Assembly (NCBI RefSeq): GCF_021869535.1
Contig: NW_026262679.1
Coordinates: forward strand, 31,310,001-31,374,000
DNA: 64,000 bases
Direction of reading: 5' to 3'
Source of the DNA: Mytilus californianus
Lineage: Eukaryota
Part shown: in pieces, positions 47,936-60,900 of the stretch
How positions within the stretch are numbered: position 1 is the first letter of the stretch
Layout of the letters: each line of letters begins with the position of its first letter
The notes under the pieces: model-generated
Seen by the model: the letters and a program-made list of their open reading frames with translations, nothing else
Database searches by the model: none
Told to the model about the DNA's origin: nothing
Program-made: the position numbers and the translations under genes

Positions 47936-48243
47936 GAGGGTCGTAATGGGGGTACCTTCATGACGAATAACGGTAAAAGTTCTTGCCAAATGACGTTAAC
48001 GGTAATTTTTGGTGTATGACGATTAAATGTACACTTTCTTTTAGACGATAAAAACATCGACTGATTTTGACGAATCACGTTAATTTTTTTCCAAAAATGA
48101 CGGTAACGATAATTATTTGAGACCTTTTGACGAATCACGATAAGGATATTTTGACGAATCACGGTAAAATTTTAACCAATTTGACGCTAACGGTAGCCGA
48201 AATGACTGTTTGACGCCTGACGTTAAAGGGCATTACTACCCTC
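47936..48243. mobile_element. 308-bp MITE, GAGGG..CCCTC termini, TATTAT flanks
   Basis: GAGGGTCGTAATG / CATTACTACCCTC; TATTAT on both sides; 10 internal TGACG. Confidence 0.8.
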
Positions 48244-50659
48244 TATTATGTACCAGGAAATCGTGCGTATTTTATACTATACGCTTCCATCGGGATGATC
48301 TCCGAAAACTGCCGATGATCATGTAACTCAATATAAACACAAATTTAAATATAAATAGACTTACAAGCACGTGGAATCGTATATCGGCGATTTTTCTATT
48401 CTGTTTGAGTTCATAATAGATATTTAAAATCGTTTTACCTGTATGAGGTAGATTTGTTTGCGGGTCGGATTAGTCAACGAAATGGTTATTCATGGTGGCT
48501 GCCTTGTTTCACTTTCAACGTTGACATTCTGTTCTTTTTAAGGAATGATTACGCTGACCGCATGTTTAACACATCTCCGTCTCCAGGTTCAAATCAAAGG
48601 TTGTATGAATACGGATTCAAATGAGGTTTAATTATTGACTTGCAAAAAAAAAGAGTTAACAAAAATACCTCCGAGGTAAATTCAGAAAGGTGGAAGTCCA
48701 TATAAATCATTGAATGTTAGAAGCAAAAACACATCGTATTTTGATTTTTATTATTCGTAGCTAATACCGTTTTGAACGTACCTGTTTTAAAGACATCAAA
48801 TACATTCCGCCTTTAATTGTTTGTTCATTTTCCTTTATACTGTAGTGTTATCAATCAACCACATGCTTTTAATAATACCTTTATGTATATTCCTTTTTGT
48901 TGTTAGGAATGAGGGATGGATAAATACCCTGCCACGTCCGGTCTGTGTTTATGTTGATGTTAATTTTTCTTCTTTGTATTGATCTGATGAGTTAAGCCTT
49001 TTTCAACTGATTTTGATATTTTGTTCTTATGCTGTGCTGTTACACCATTGTCCCAGGTTAGGGGGAGGGTTGGGCGCTCACAAACATGTTAGCCCCGCCA
49101 CAGTCTTTATGTGCCTGTCCCAAGCCAGGAGCCTGTAGTTCAGTGGTTGTTGTTGGTTCATGACTGTCATAATTGTTTTGTTATAAATAAGGCCGTTAGT
49201 TTTCTCAATTGAATTGTTTCGTATTTTCATGTCGGGGCCTTTTTATAGCCGACTATACCATATGGGTTATTTCTCATTGTTTAAGGCTGTACGGTTGCCT
49301 ATAATTGCGTACATCCACTGTATTTGAACTTCGGTGGATAGTTGTCTCATTGGCAATCATACTTCATCTCCTATATTTATATTATATAAATATATAATGT
49401 AGTAGATAAACGATTGATAACAATAAAATGAAATTTATTTAAATTGCTGTAACAGTAACATAGTGGTAATTAATTTCTTCGATTAAAAATAAACAACAAC
49501 CAATAATTTATTATGAATTTCTATATACTTATTTTTGTTGTTGACTTAATGTCATGTTTTAATGGCTTCGTTGTATTTTTTTAATCACTCATGAGATTTT
49601 ATGTAATTTATTCTTTATATCGATCATACTAATGCATTTGTGGTTTTCATGTTAAATTTAAAAATAGAACTTGTTGTTTATAACCATTCTGATGTTTCTA
49701 GTTCGAATTAACGTTTGACAATTACTTTTGTTTGATTGACTCATTTGTTTCACCGTAGCCATATAAGGGGAGATAACTCAGATAATCTAATTTACCTATT
49801 TTGTTTTGTAGCAAGAAAGCGAGTTCCGTGACTCCAATTTTCGTATTGTTTTCTGAAAGCACATTATAAGAGCTATCTTCTCATATTTTATCTTAAATTT
49901 CTATCGTTTAGTTTTCTTTCTATCAAGTAAAGTTGATATTGCCATGGATAACAATCTGACAATTTTGCACAACACGACATAAACTATATTTTTGCAAATT
50001 GTTATCGATTTTAATTTAGACCCCCATCTACCTTAATTGATGTTTATGAAGTTTTGTTACTCTTGGGATGACAATTTGACATCATTTTGTAGTGAAATTG
50101 AAATTAAGTTTTATGAAATATATGCAATTATTTACAGATTTTTAAAACTTTATGATGGTTGCAAACATCATACTACTCTACCCTTTAAACTACATGAAAA
50201 TAAGGAGAGGTGGTATAAATGCCAATGAGACAATTATCACCCTGACTCGCATGTTAGAAATTATAGGTCCCTGTACGGCCTTCAACAATGAACAAACTTA
50301 TACCGCATAGTCGGCTATAAAAGGCCCGACATGGCAAAATTTGAAACAATCCAAACAAGTAAAACTGCGAGCTACTGCTATTTAATTAAATGATACCACT
50401 GCCTTGAGAAATCGATAAACAGGAAGTTGATTAGAAATGAATCAGAAACTATTTCACACAATAAAGCATGTTCCCATTAAAGATACAACACATTTCAGGA
50501 AGCTTTTATTTTTAATGAAAAATGTGACGAATATTTCATGATCATACATGACCACCTCTAAAATGTATTTGTACATATTTGGCGATTTCAAAGTTTAAGA
50601 TAATCTATGTTGTGTCACTTTCATTGTTTACGTTTCAAGATTCATAGATTAAAAAAAAA

Positions 50660-50790
50660 CAGAATGAACAAAGAAACTTGCCTTGTAAGGAAAATGTCGC
50701 TCAGGATAGTAGCACAGTTGGTTCCCAAAGGAATGCCGACTATCTGTTGAAAAACACGTCCATTTATTGTATTTAATATAATACTGTATG
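50660..50790 (-). mobile_element. Penelope-like RT fragment
   Basis: INGRVFQQIVGIPLGTNCATILSDIFL resembles the PLE RT GIPMGTNCAP motif. Confidence 0.75.
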
Positions 50791-52205
50791 GTATTCTTTT
50801 CCCGTAATATCCACCGCTATGGAGTATAGGGCTAAACTGTTTTACCTCTGTCTGTATGTCTGTCTGTCCGTCCGTCCGTCTCATGAAATTTCGTCGCAAT
50901 TTTTTCAGGAACTACAAATCAGTTCTTTATGAAATTTGTTGCCGTCTTCATATGAACATGCTATACTGTATGATGCGGTTTCAGATTCATCAATCGTCAA
51001 CTTCCTGCGTACCGAAAATACTTATATATTCTTACATATAATCGTTGCGTTTTCCTGGGGAACTACACAAAAAATCTTTCTGAAATTTATAATCAGTCTT
51101 CATATGATCATGCTATACCGTGTTAATTTGTTTCAGATTCATCGATCGTGAACTTCCTGTTTACCAAATACTATATTCAGGACCTGCCCTGTTTAATGTC
51201 AGCTGACCTAAAAGGTCATGTTAGCTTTTGCCACCACTTATTGTCCGTCGTCGTTCTAAATCCGTAGCCCGATGTCCGTCGTCCGTCGTTAAAATGTTCT
51301 CCCTTGAAACTACTGAACCAATTTGAACCAAATTTGACCTCAATGATCATTATGGTACCTTGTATTAATTTTGTGTTTTCTTTTTATTCCGGTCAGCAAG
51401 CAAACATGACCGCCATGGGTATTTTGTTTATAAATATGATTTATTTGATTTAGTTATAAATGTTTATCATTGTGTTGCTTCTTCGTCATTTTAATTATAA
51501 ATGACAGTTTTCAATTCATACATATTGTTTGTTTGTCATTCCTTCGTCCTATCAAACAGAGCAAGTCTGTGTTGACAAAAAAGTGTAAAAGATAGGTTGT
51601 AACTATTAATAGCAAAATTTACCAGCATTGTGAAATCTACAAAAATGCCAAAATGACCGAAACTGTTACCATTAAAAGGCTCCTTAAGGAGTTATTGTCC
51701 TTAAATAACGATTGTTGACTTATTTTCGTGTTTTGCCTATTACTAGTATTTCGAAAACGATAATAGCTAGAAACTGTAGACTAGAAAAATTAATAAGCAA
51801 TACAAGATCTAAAAAAAATCCTGTGCAACAAAAACATTAAGACGACTTTATATGAGTTATTATAATCTTAAATGACGATTTTTGACTAATTTTGGTGTTC
51901 TTGTACCCTTTTCAAATATCTTATCCTCTAAAACTAATTGGCCCATTTCAAACAAACTTTCAAGTTGGTTGAATGATCCTTGAGGTATTTATGCCAAATT
52001 GTGCTGGTATTTTTCGGTCAATCAACTAACATGGCCGCCATGGTTAAAAGACGAACATTAGGGTAAAATCCATTTATTGTATTTAATATAATAGATATTT
52101 TGTCTTATATCTTGAAAACAATAATAGAAATTTGATCTGAATATAAATTTCTATCTACTTTCTACCCCTTAGAATGACGTTCGTGTTTTGCCTATTACCA
52201 TAACA

Positions 52206-55088
52206 CACGGGTGTCATTCGGTTTATCGAGAGAAATGATCGTGAAAGAATACCTAACGGTGGTCAAGTATTGCGATTGGATCGTGAAAGCTCTTGTATAG
52301 GATCGTGAATTCAATCTTATCGAGAAGACATATACAAGGTCAATTATTAATCTAATCGAATTAATTACACGGACAAATTTACAACAAAATAAAACTATCT
52401 GTCAAAATGGTTCAACATTATGATCAGTATGTGAGAAAATCCAGGTTTAGAAGTACATCGTGTTTACAAAACTACAAAAGGCAGATTGCTCCTCGACATT
52501 TCAATGAGTTTTAAAATGTAAACAAACCAGATTTTTTTCATAATTCGAATGACTAAACTAATTTCCTACAAAAAAGGTCATTTCATTTGAATGAATCAAA
52601 TGGTTCTCAAAGTTAGTTTGTGAATGCATAATCAGAAAATTTGTAAAAAAAGAAATATTTACACAAAATTGATATTTCGGATCGTGAAAGATCACGTACC
52701 GCTTTTTGAAGATCGTGAAAAGGATCGTGAAAGATCTGATGCTACGAAGGCGTTCAAATTATTCTTCAATTATATGATAATATATATTTGTTATTGGTAT
52801 AGAAAAAACTAGATTTGCATGACTAACCCGGGTCTCTTTTGTTGGTGAATAGGGCTATAATCGTGCAATGCCATTTGATCCAATTATCTTATAATACCAC
52901 ACAGACTAGGTGAATTATAGCAATATCAGTCTATTTGTCCGACCTTCATAAGTTTTATTTTCTTGTACAAATTCAATAATTTTCATTTCTCATTTTTAAA
53001 GCGAAGATCCTCAATAAATTTAAGCATTTCAAAGTATTAATATCTTCAGACCTCGACTGCACCTTATTTCATAGATCAAGGTTTAGTTTTGTGGTCAAGT
53101 CTATATCACGGATTCGTTTATCTATAGGGTAACTGTATTTGATGTAAGTTATGAGTGTAAGGTGTACATTTTCGACTAGAAAGGTTTCAACTAACCTTGA
53201 CCTCATTATCATGCATCACAGGGCAAATTGAATGTTTATTTTGTGGGCTTTGGTCTTTTGCTTATATACCTGTATGCTATAGGGCCACTGTATTTGGTGT
53301 ATGGTGTACATGTCTGTCTGCATGTTTCACATATGACGTTGACCTCATTTTCATGGTTCATTGGTCTTTGTTAAGTTTTCATGGTTTTGTCAGTTTATCG
53401 GATACTAAAAGCATTAGTTCAATTGTATTTGATATATTGAATGATAGTAAGATGTCTATGTCTGACTGTCGGTCAGGGTTCATATACTTTCGACCTTATG
53501 TTCCGAATTCATTGGCCAAACATAACTTTTAGATTTGTCAGTTTTTAAGGTACTATAGGCATCAGAACCACTATATTTGGTTACGGGATGTTTGTACCGG
53601 TCTGTATGGCACGGTTCACCTTACTTTGGCCTCTTTTTTATGGATCATTGATAATCTTAATTAAACCTCAACTATTACAGACATTCAACATAATATACTA
53701 TCATAAGTAAAGCAGACGAGACATTTCAGCATTTGCGCTCTGGAATTCTTTACTCTGTAACATATTGTTATCTCATTGGCAATCATTTCACATCTGCTAC
53801 GTTGTATATAAAGAGACATATATAGAAATTAAGAAAGTACTGTAACACAAAAGGTTGTATGGTTATCGTTCAATCTCATATTGTTAGTGAAAGATGCTGT
53901 TTTCTCTATTTGATATGGTAGCTGGTTAACTTTTTGTGTTTAAACGTTGCATACCCATATTATTGTCCAAATAGTGGCGGTAAGTAGACAGGTCTGCCTG
54001 AATTGTGCTAGACCGATTCTCAGAGCTGAAATTTTCACACGAGAACTGACAAAGGTATGATATCGCTAGACATGCCAGTGCAGATTCAGTAAAAGTTGTC
54101 ACGATTGAGAATAGAACTTTATCGGTTATTAACAAACAATTTTAAAATTAGAAATAACGTTATCTTTGTACCTTTTTAGTTTGTGTCGGCGCAGCCACGA
54201 AATAACAATATTGTCATACTATGTATGCACGAACGACACTCCACATAACTGAAAGTATCAACCCTTAAACAAAATTGCGTACACATGCATATGTTTCCAA
54301 GGCGGATGTATTTAAAGATACATATATACCTTTACTTTTCGAAAATTTATGCTCATTGAGGTCCTTCTATTTTGGAAATCAACTTATCTAGACACGTTTT
54401 TAGTTATTTTTTTAACTTTCGAGGTGAAGTGTTGAATTTAAAAAAATTTAAAAAATGAAAGCTTTAATGTTGGTTCTTATCAAAAAAGTTACACGCTTCC
54501 ATCAGCTGCAAATATGTCAATTGGTAAAAGAAATATTGTTTTCTGATTATTAAGTCTGGTCACGCCTTATCTTTCACGATCAAAATAATGCGTTGCCTAA
54601 TCTTTCACGATCAAGTTTGATGAAAAATCAACAAAATTCAAGGTTTTCATAAACAAGTGAACGGTTTCAAGGGAAGAGCATACTTTTATTTTACTGTTCT
54701 ATCGGACAAACCAAAGATTAAGTTTCAAATATATCATGGTATATTGGAATGTGACCATTATAGGTACAAAAAGCGTGTTTTTTTTAATGAATCCCATAGA
54801 CATGTATTGTGCCTTTTGTGTATCCTCATAAAGTACTGCACATTTTCTTTATCTTATTACACTGTATTGTTGAGAAAGTTGAATCATTTTGACAGACAAA
54901 TTTGTTTTTTTCGGATTTGTTCCGCGTTTTGAAAAGTCAGCGATTTTTTCACAGATTTTCAAGTAGAATTTACATTTAATTACATTCACGATCCGATATC
55001 AGATCTTTCACGATCCAATCGCAATGCTTGACCATCGTTAGGTATTCTTTCACGATCATTTATCTCGATAAACCGAATGACACCCGTG
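52206..55088. mobile_element. 2.9-kb non-autonomous Transib-like DNA transposon (CAC..GTG termini, ~100-bp TIR, 5-bp TSD) with a nested HINE at 53040-53745
   Basis: TAACA|CACGGGTGTCATTCGG ... CCGAATGACACCCGTG|TAACA; GATCGTGAAAG subterminal repeats at both ends. Confidence 0.75.
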
Positions 55089-55410
55089 TAACAAATTATA
55101 ATAAACTAGGTAAAACTGTTTATGGCAAAATGATTAGCAAAACAAGATCAACAAAAATGCCAATATGACCTAAACCATTGGATGACTACTTAAAATGAAG
55201 AGTTTTGGCTAATTTTCATATATTTGACTATCATCTCAAATACTACAATAGTTAAGTAAAAATTTAAACAGCAAACATAATCAGCAAAAATATTTTTCCA
55301 AATTTTCGTGTGTTTGCCAATTTTGCAGAAAAAGTATGATAGCTAGGTATAAATGTAGACAGAAAATTGTCAGCCATACACGATCTACAAAAATGTCAAA
55401 CATCCTAAGC

Positions 55411-56170
55411 AGTGATTCACAGTTTAATGCCAATTTCAGTAAAGACCTGTCTAAATTCCATTTAATTGCTAAACTCAACAACACTAATCGCTATCTTGAT
55501 GATATTCTTTCGTTAAATAACTTAGTCACCCTAAGGGTAACTGGGGAATAGAAATATGGTCATTTGGTCTTCTTCCGACCGGCAGTAAAAACCTTGCCAA
55601 AGAAGAGCGTTCGTTTGGTTGTGCAGGATGTACATGTACGCAGTCACGCCCATTCAACATGGTGACGTTAAAATCGTTCTCTACACGTTAAGAACCCTTG
55701 CAGCAACTCTTTGAGTAGTACGTAGGTTGCCTGTTGCAAGGTAAAATTTCTGTCCATATCCAATATACCCTCATTTTCCAGTGGCAGTCCAAATTTTCCA
55801 GACCTTCTTCCCGAACGGTCTCTATTACAAAACCTACCTATTGTATTTATTGTTAATTTGACAGTGTTCTCGTCCGAAACATGCATGAAATATTTGCCAC
55901 TGGACATTCAGCAACCAACAATCAATAAATCAATCAATTGTTAAATAATAAAAAAAATCTCTATTTGTTCTACCGACTGAAAATTTACCCAAAGGAACTC
56001 ACTTTAAATAAAATCGAATGCAAACAGCAATAACTGCCCTTCCTAGATTTAGATATTAAAGTTTCACACAGAAAACTATATACAAAATATGACGGTAAAA
56101 GGGATGATTTTTCGTTCCCTATTGTTTATTTTCCTTTTCTGTTCTTTTGGTCTCATCTTACGGTGAATTT
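55411..56170 (+). mobile_element. Decayed Penelope-like RT fragment interrupted by a SINE
   Basis: KLNNTNRYLDDILSLNN before the SINE; IYPKELTLNK..CPFLDLDI..KRDDFSFPIV after it. Confidence 0.75.
55521..55939 (+). mobile_element. SINE-like retroposon with (CAAT)n tail and 9-bp TSD
   Basis: TSD GTTAAATAA at 55512 and 55940; homologous to 16080-16468(-). Confidence 0.78.
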
Positions 56171-56927
56171 GTAAAAACAGGGATTTTGTAAAATCACTGA
56201 AATTTCAGGGGTTTTGTATAATCACTGAATATATTAAAGAATTTATAAACTCCTTGATTTTGACCAGGGATTTTTACAAAATCCCTGAAATAATTAAAAA
56301 CAAAATTTTAAAAACTCACTGATTGAATTCAGGGAATTAAGAATAATGAACAAATCATTTTTTAATAACATGCTGAATACTAGTTATCTGGACGTGCTTT
56401 CTCAAAATTGTATGTGATACTAACTCTATGCTGGGAATGAGGTAAATCTTGTTTAAGTTGATTGAAAATCTAAATACTCGTGAAAGGTTATCTCTACCCA
56501 CAAAAATATTATTATAATAAAGATTTTTTAGTCTTGAACTGCAAAGATAAAGTTATTTATAGAAGAGAAAATAACTGGATTAAAAAAATGCTATTCGACA
56601 TATATTTCAATAGACGGGTTATATATTATTGAGACAAACACAGATCAATTTGACCATTTTTCCTTTGGTTACTAATTGTCCTTTCTTTACTGTTTACATT
56701 AACAATGGGTTACATGTAATGATGTAATTGAACATTATTTACTTATTCAGGCTATTGTCGATAATCTAAACACATTTGATGAAATGTTTTGATTCGTAAA
56801 GCTTAAAAGGACGGTAGTAACTAAACAAAGGACAGGTAAAAATTAAAAAAAAAGTTATCACTTTTGACATTCAGTTTTGTTAAAAGGTGAAAGACTTGTC
56901 GGTAGTGTTCCTGTGTAGATACAAAAC

Positions 56928-57946
56928 ATGTACATTGGAGGAGTTTGTGTTTCAATCTACATCATTCTTTGTTACACGGGTAAGTTATTTATCTATATAT
57001 TTGTATTATTTAAAAAATAATAATAATAAAAATTGAAAAATTGTACTTACAAATATATAATATCGAAAAATTAATATGAAATTTGAAAAAAAAAAAATTG
57101 TAATTATTAACAATAGTGTTATACCAGGCATGCGCCAGATGTATATAAAAAGAAGAAGAAGATCTATCAAATCTCGTTTTGGTCAACCTTACATTTATTG
57201 GAGAAACGTTGAAATTCTATAAATGCATTTTTTGTAATTGCTAAGATTTTGCAGGAATTTGTTTAGTTTGGTAGTAAGCCCAATGAACGAAGCATACATT
57301 TGTCAAAAAATTAAAAATAAAGTAACTGATTGGGCTTCTTTCTTCTTTCTATATACATTAACAGTTAGTTAAACATTGTCTACGTGCCAGTTTGTATATC
57401 TTGAATATAGGTAAGTGAGTGCATGTGGTTCTACTTTGAAATCAACTATAATTGTTTTTTTTTTTGTATTTTTACTTTTTTTATGTCGGGCTTACAGTAT
57501 GGTTTTCCTCATTGTTGAAGCGTCGTTCTTTGTTTGTTTTCTTGGTTCCCTCACCACCATAAATGTAACCGGGTGACTGGATACTGGAATGACGATGAAA
57601 ACGAGATGAAACCCACGACCGGTTGCAGATGTTGGCGATGCCAACGATAGACAATGGCTAGGACCTAATCTCTTGCCTGAGAATACTCGCTTTAACTCCA
57701 CTGGTAGAATTAGACACAAGTTCTATGCAGTAGTTAACAATTAAATAAATTTAGATAATTAAAAAAAACAAATGATTTAGTAAATGAACTGATTAGCCTT
57801 CTCTCACCTTTTTATATACCCAAACAGCAAGCGAAACTTTATGATGGTGTGTGTTATATCTTTTATTTAGGCTCAGGAAAATTAGTGACGTGGTTTTTGT
57901 CTCGCCTTGACGGAGTCAAAAAGCGAGACATAGGTATGCTGTTTCT

Positions 57947-57980
<34 letters not shown>

Positions 57981-60900
57981 TCAACAAGGTATTAGTTTGT
58001 GATTAGGTCTAGTTAATGGTGAACCACAAGTGGTAGGTCAATGATATTTGGTATGCAGTTGTATTAGCATTGACACATCTCATTTTCATGGAGATTTTTT
58101 GGCCCTGCCCCCTCAGTCATGGTCTATGTACTTTGAAACTTTTGCTTAGTTTACATGTATTAGTTTGTGATAAGGTCAGTTTATGGGGAACCACTAGTGG
58201 TAGGTCAATAATATTTGGTATGCAGTTGTATAAGCATTGGCATATCTCATTTTCATGGAGATTATTTTGCTCCGCCCCCTCAATATCATGGTCTATTGAC
58301 TTTGAAAATTGTGCTTAGTTTAAATGTATTAGTTGTGATTAGGTCAGTTCAAGGGGAACCATTAGTGGTAGGCCTATGTTAATTGGTATTCAGTTGTATA
58401 AGCATTAGCATATCTCATTTGCATGGAGAATATTTGGCCCCGACCCCTCAGTCATGGTCTATTGACTTTGAAACTTTTGCTTAGTTTACATGAATTAGTT
58501 CGTGATTAGATCAGTTTAAGATGAACTGCTAATGTTAAGTCAACGATATTTGGTATGCAAATTTATTGACATTTGCAAGTATCGTTTCCATGGAGATAAT
58601 ATAGCCCCACCCCTTCATCATGGTTCATTGACTTTGAAACTTTTACATAGTTTAAAAGTTAATGTTTGTGTTTAGGTTTGTTTAAAGGGAAAGACTTATA
58701 ACAAGTCAATGATATTTGATATGCAGTTGTATGAGCATTGGCAAATCTCATTTCCATGGAGATTGTTTAGCCTTGTACCTTCAGTCATGGTTCATCGACT
58801 TTGAATATATTCATAACTTAAATGTTAAAGTATTGCTATTTTAATTTCAACATTTGCATTATCAAAATTACAAAAAGGCGAGACACATCTCTGTGATAAC
58901 AGTTTAAAAATTGCATTAGGTCATCAGGTCACTTTAAAGCAACCATAATGACACGGAGATGTACTAAACTGCGCTAATGCAACATTTCAAAAGGTCGCAG
59001 GACGCCCGGTGTTATATAGCCATTTTCCCCCATGCCAGTTTTCCCCCGGGGGAAAAATTGGCATGATCTCATTTTTCCCCGGGGAAATTTTGGATCATTG
59101 CCATTCTCCCCCGCGGAAAGTTGACGATACGTATACATATAGCCACGTTTCCCCCATGCCAATATTTCCCCCACAATATGGATTTCACTATGTATATACA
59201 TCAAATTATGGCCATTTATTACATATATTTTTCGTGTTTCCTTCAAGAAATTATTGATTCCTGGAATGCTAAAATAATCTGTTTTCGGTTTGGGTTGCAT
59301 AGAAGAAATATTGGGTACAAATTATTCTTGTTTTCTTGACACGTGTATTACTAGAAAGGTCCGGGAGTGGGGTGTGGTACCTATATTTTGTTACAGGGGT
59401 GCCGTTTGCATTCGAAAAAAATCCCGATTCATTTATTGACTCTGTCCAAAAATTCGATTTATTCGTATGACTTACGTGAAAATTGATGTATTATTTAATA
59501 AAATTGCCACCCATTGATATATGATAGGTTGAAATTTTCCATCCATTCATATAGTTAACAGCATTAAAAAACGGACATTGGTATAGAACTTATTTAAAGG
59601 AGTTACTCTACATTAATCATTGATTTTTTTTTGTGCAGCCGTTTGTGTCCACTGGCGTGTGCATGCCAAATAGTATGGTGATTTCATCACATATTAGAAT
59701 CCACAATCTGAGTTCATTTCTGCATGGCCAGTCGTCTGTCTGAATGTCTATTAGTTTGTCTTCATGTCCAGTAGTCTGTTAACATGCACGTGCACCAATA
59801 TGTGTATATGTCCACAAATCCGTTTACATCTTCACCAGATTTTGTTTACACTCACCAGTCTGTCGACATGCCTACAAGTTTGTCTATATGTCCACCAGTT
59901 TGTGTCTTCGCAAGTCTCACTAAATGTTCACCAGTATGTCTCTACGTTTCAACCAGTCATTCGACATTTTCCCCAGTCTATATATGTGTCCGCCAGTCTT
60001 TCTACGTGTCCACCAGTCTATATAAGGTCCACATGCAGCGTTTCTACACACCAGTCTTTGTGTGTGTCCATGGTCTGTCTATGGGTCCACCAGTCTGTAA
60101 ATATGTTCACTGGTCTGTTTATATGTCCACTATGATTGTTTGATGAGGCTAAACTATTTAAAAGAAGGATCCTTCAATGAATAATTAATTTCCAACTGAC
60201 GTCGCAAGGGGGAAAATGAGCTTCTCGTGTTACTAGGGGGAAGAATAGGCCTGATCCTGGTTTCCCCCAATCACACTGAGGGGGAAAGGTGGGACCATGC
60301 CAATTTTTCGGGAGGAAAAACTGGATCGATCCAGTTATTCCCCCCGGAAAAATAAGAATGGGGGGAAATGGCTATAGGACACCGGCAAACCGCCACCACC
60401 GTCCCCAAGGTCGCAGGTAGGGTTTTGACCATATTGGAGCCACTTATGTGGTACCTTTGTGGATAATTGTTTTTATTGGCAATCGTATACCACATTTCCT
60501 TATTTTTATGTTAGAACGCCTATCGAAATTCACTATGATGAAAGGTATAAATGATGCAACTGACAGAAGGAGTAGGTCCAGTAAGACCCATTTTTGGCCC
60601 CAAAATATAGCAGTTTTACAAAATTGTTAAAATGTAAACTTTTAGCTATTTATTGGAAAGTAGAATACTTCTGTTACATAAATATGGGCTGTTTTTGACA
60701 ATACAACGCACATGTATCGGGTACCAGCATCATTAAGTCATGCTAAATTACTGAAATCTTCACAATTTTAGCATTTGAGTTAATTTTTAGACGGTTTCCG
60801 TCTTAAATGGAAGTGGCCGCATTTGTGTTCATTCTTAATATTTACATGTAAGTTGTATATGATGATAATTAACATATATAAAGCTTGAGGATGAACACGG

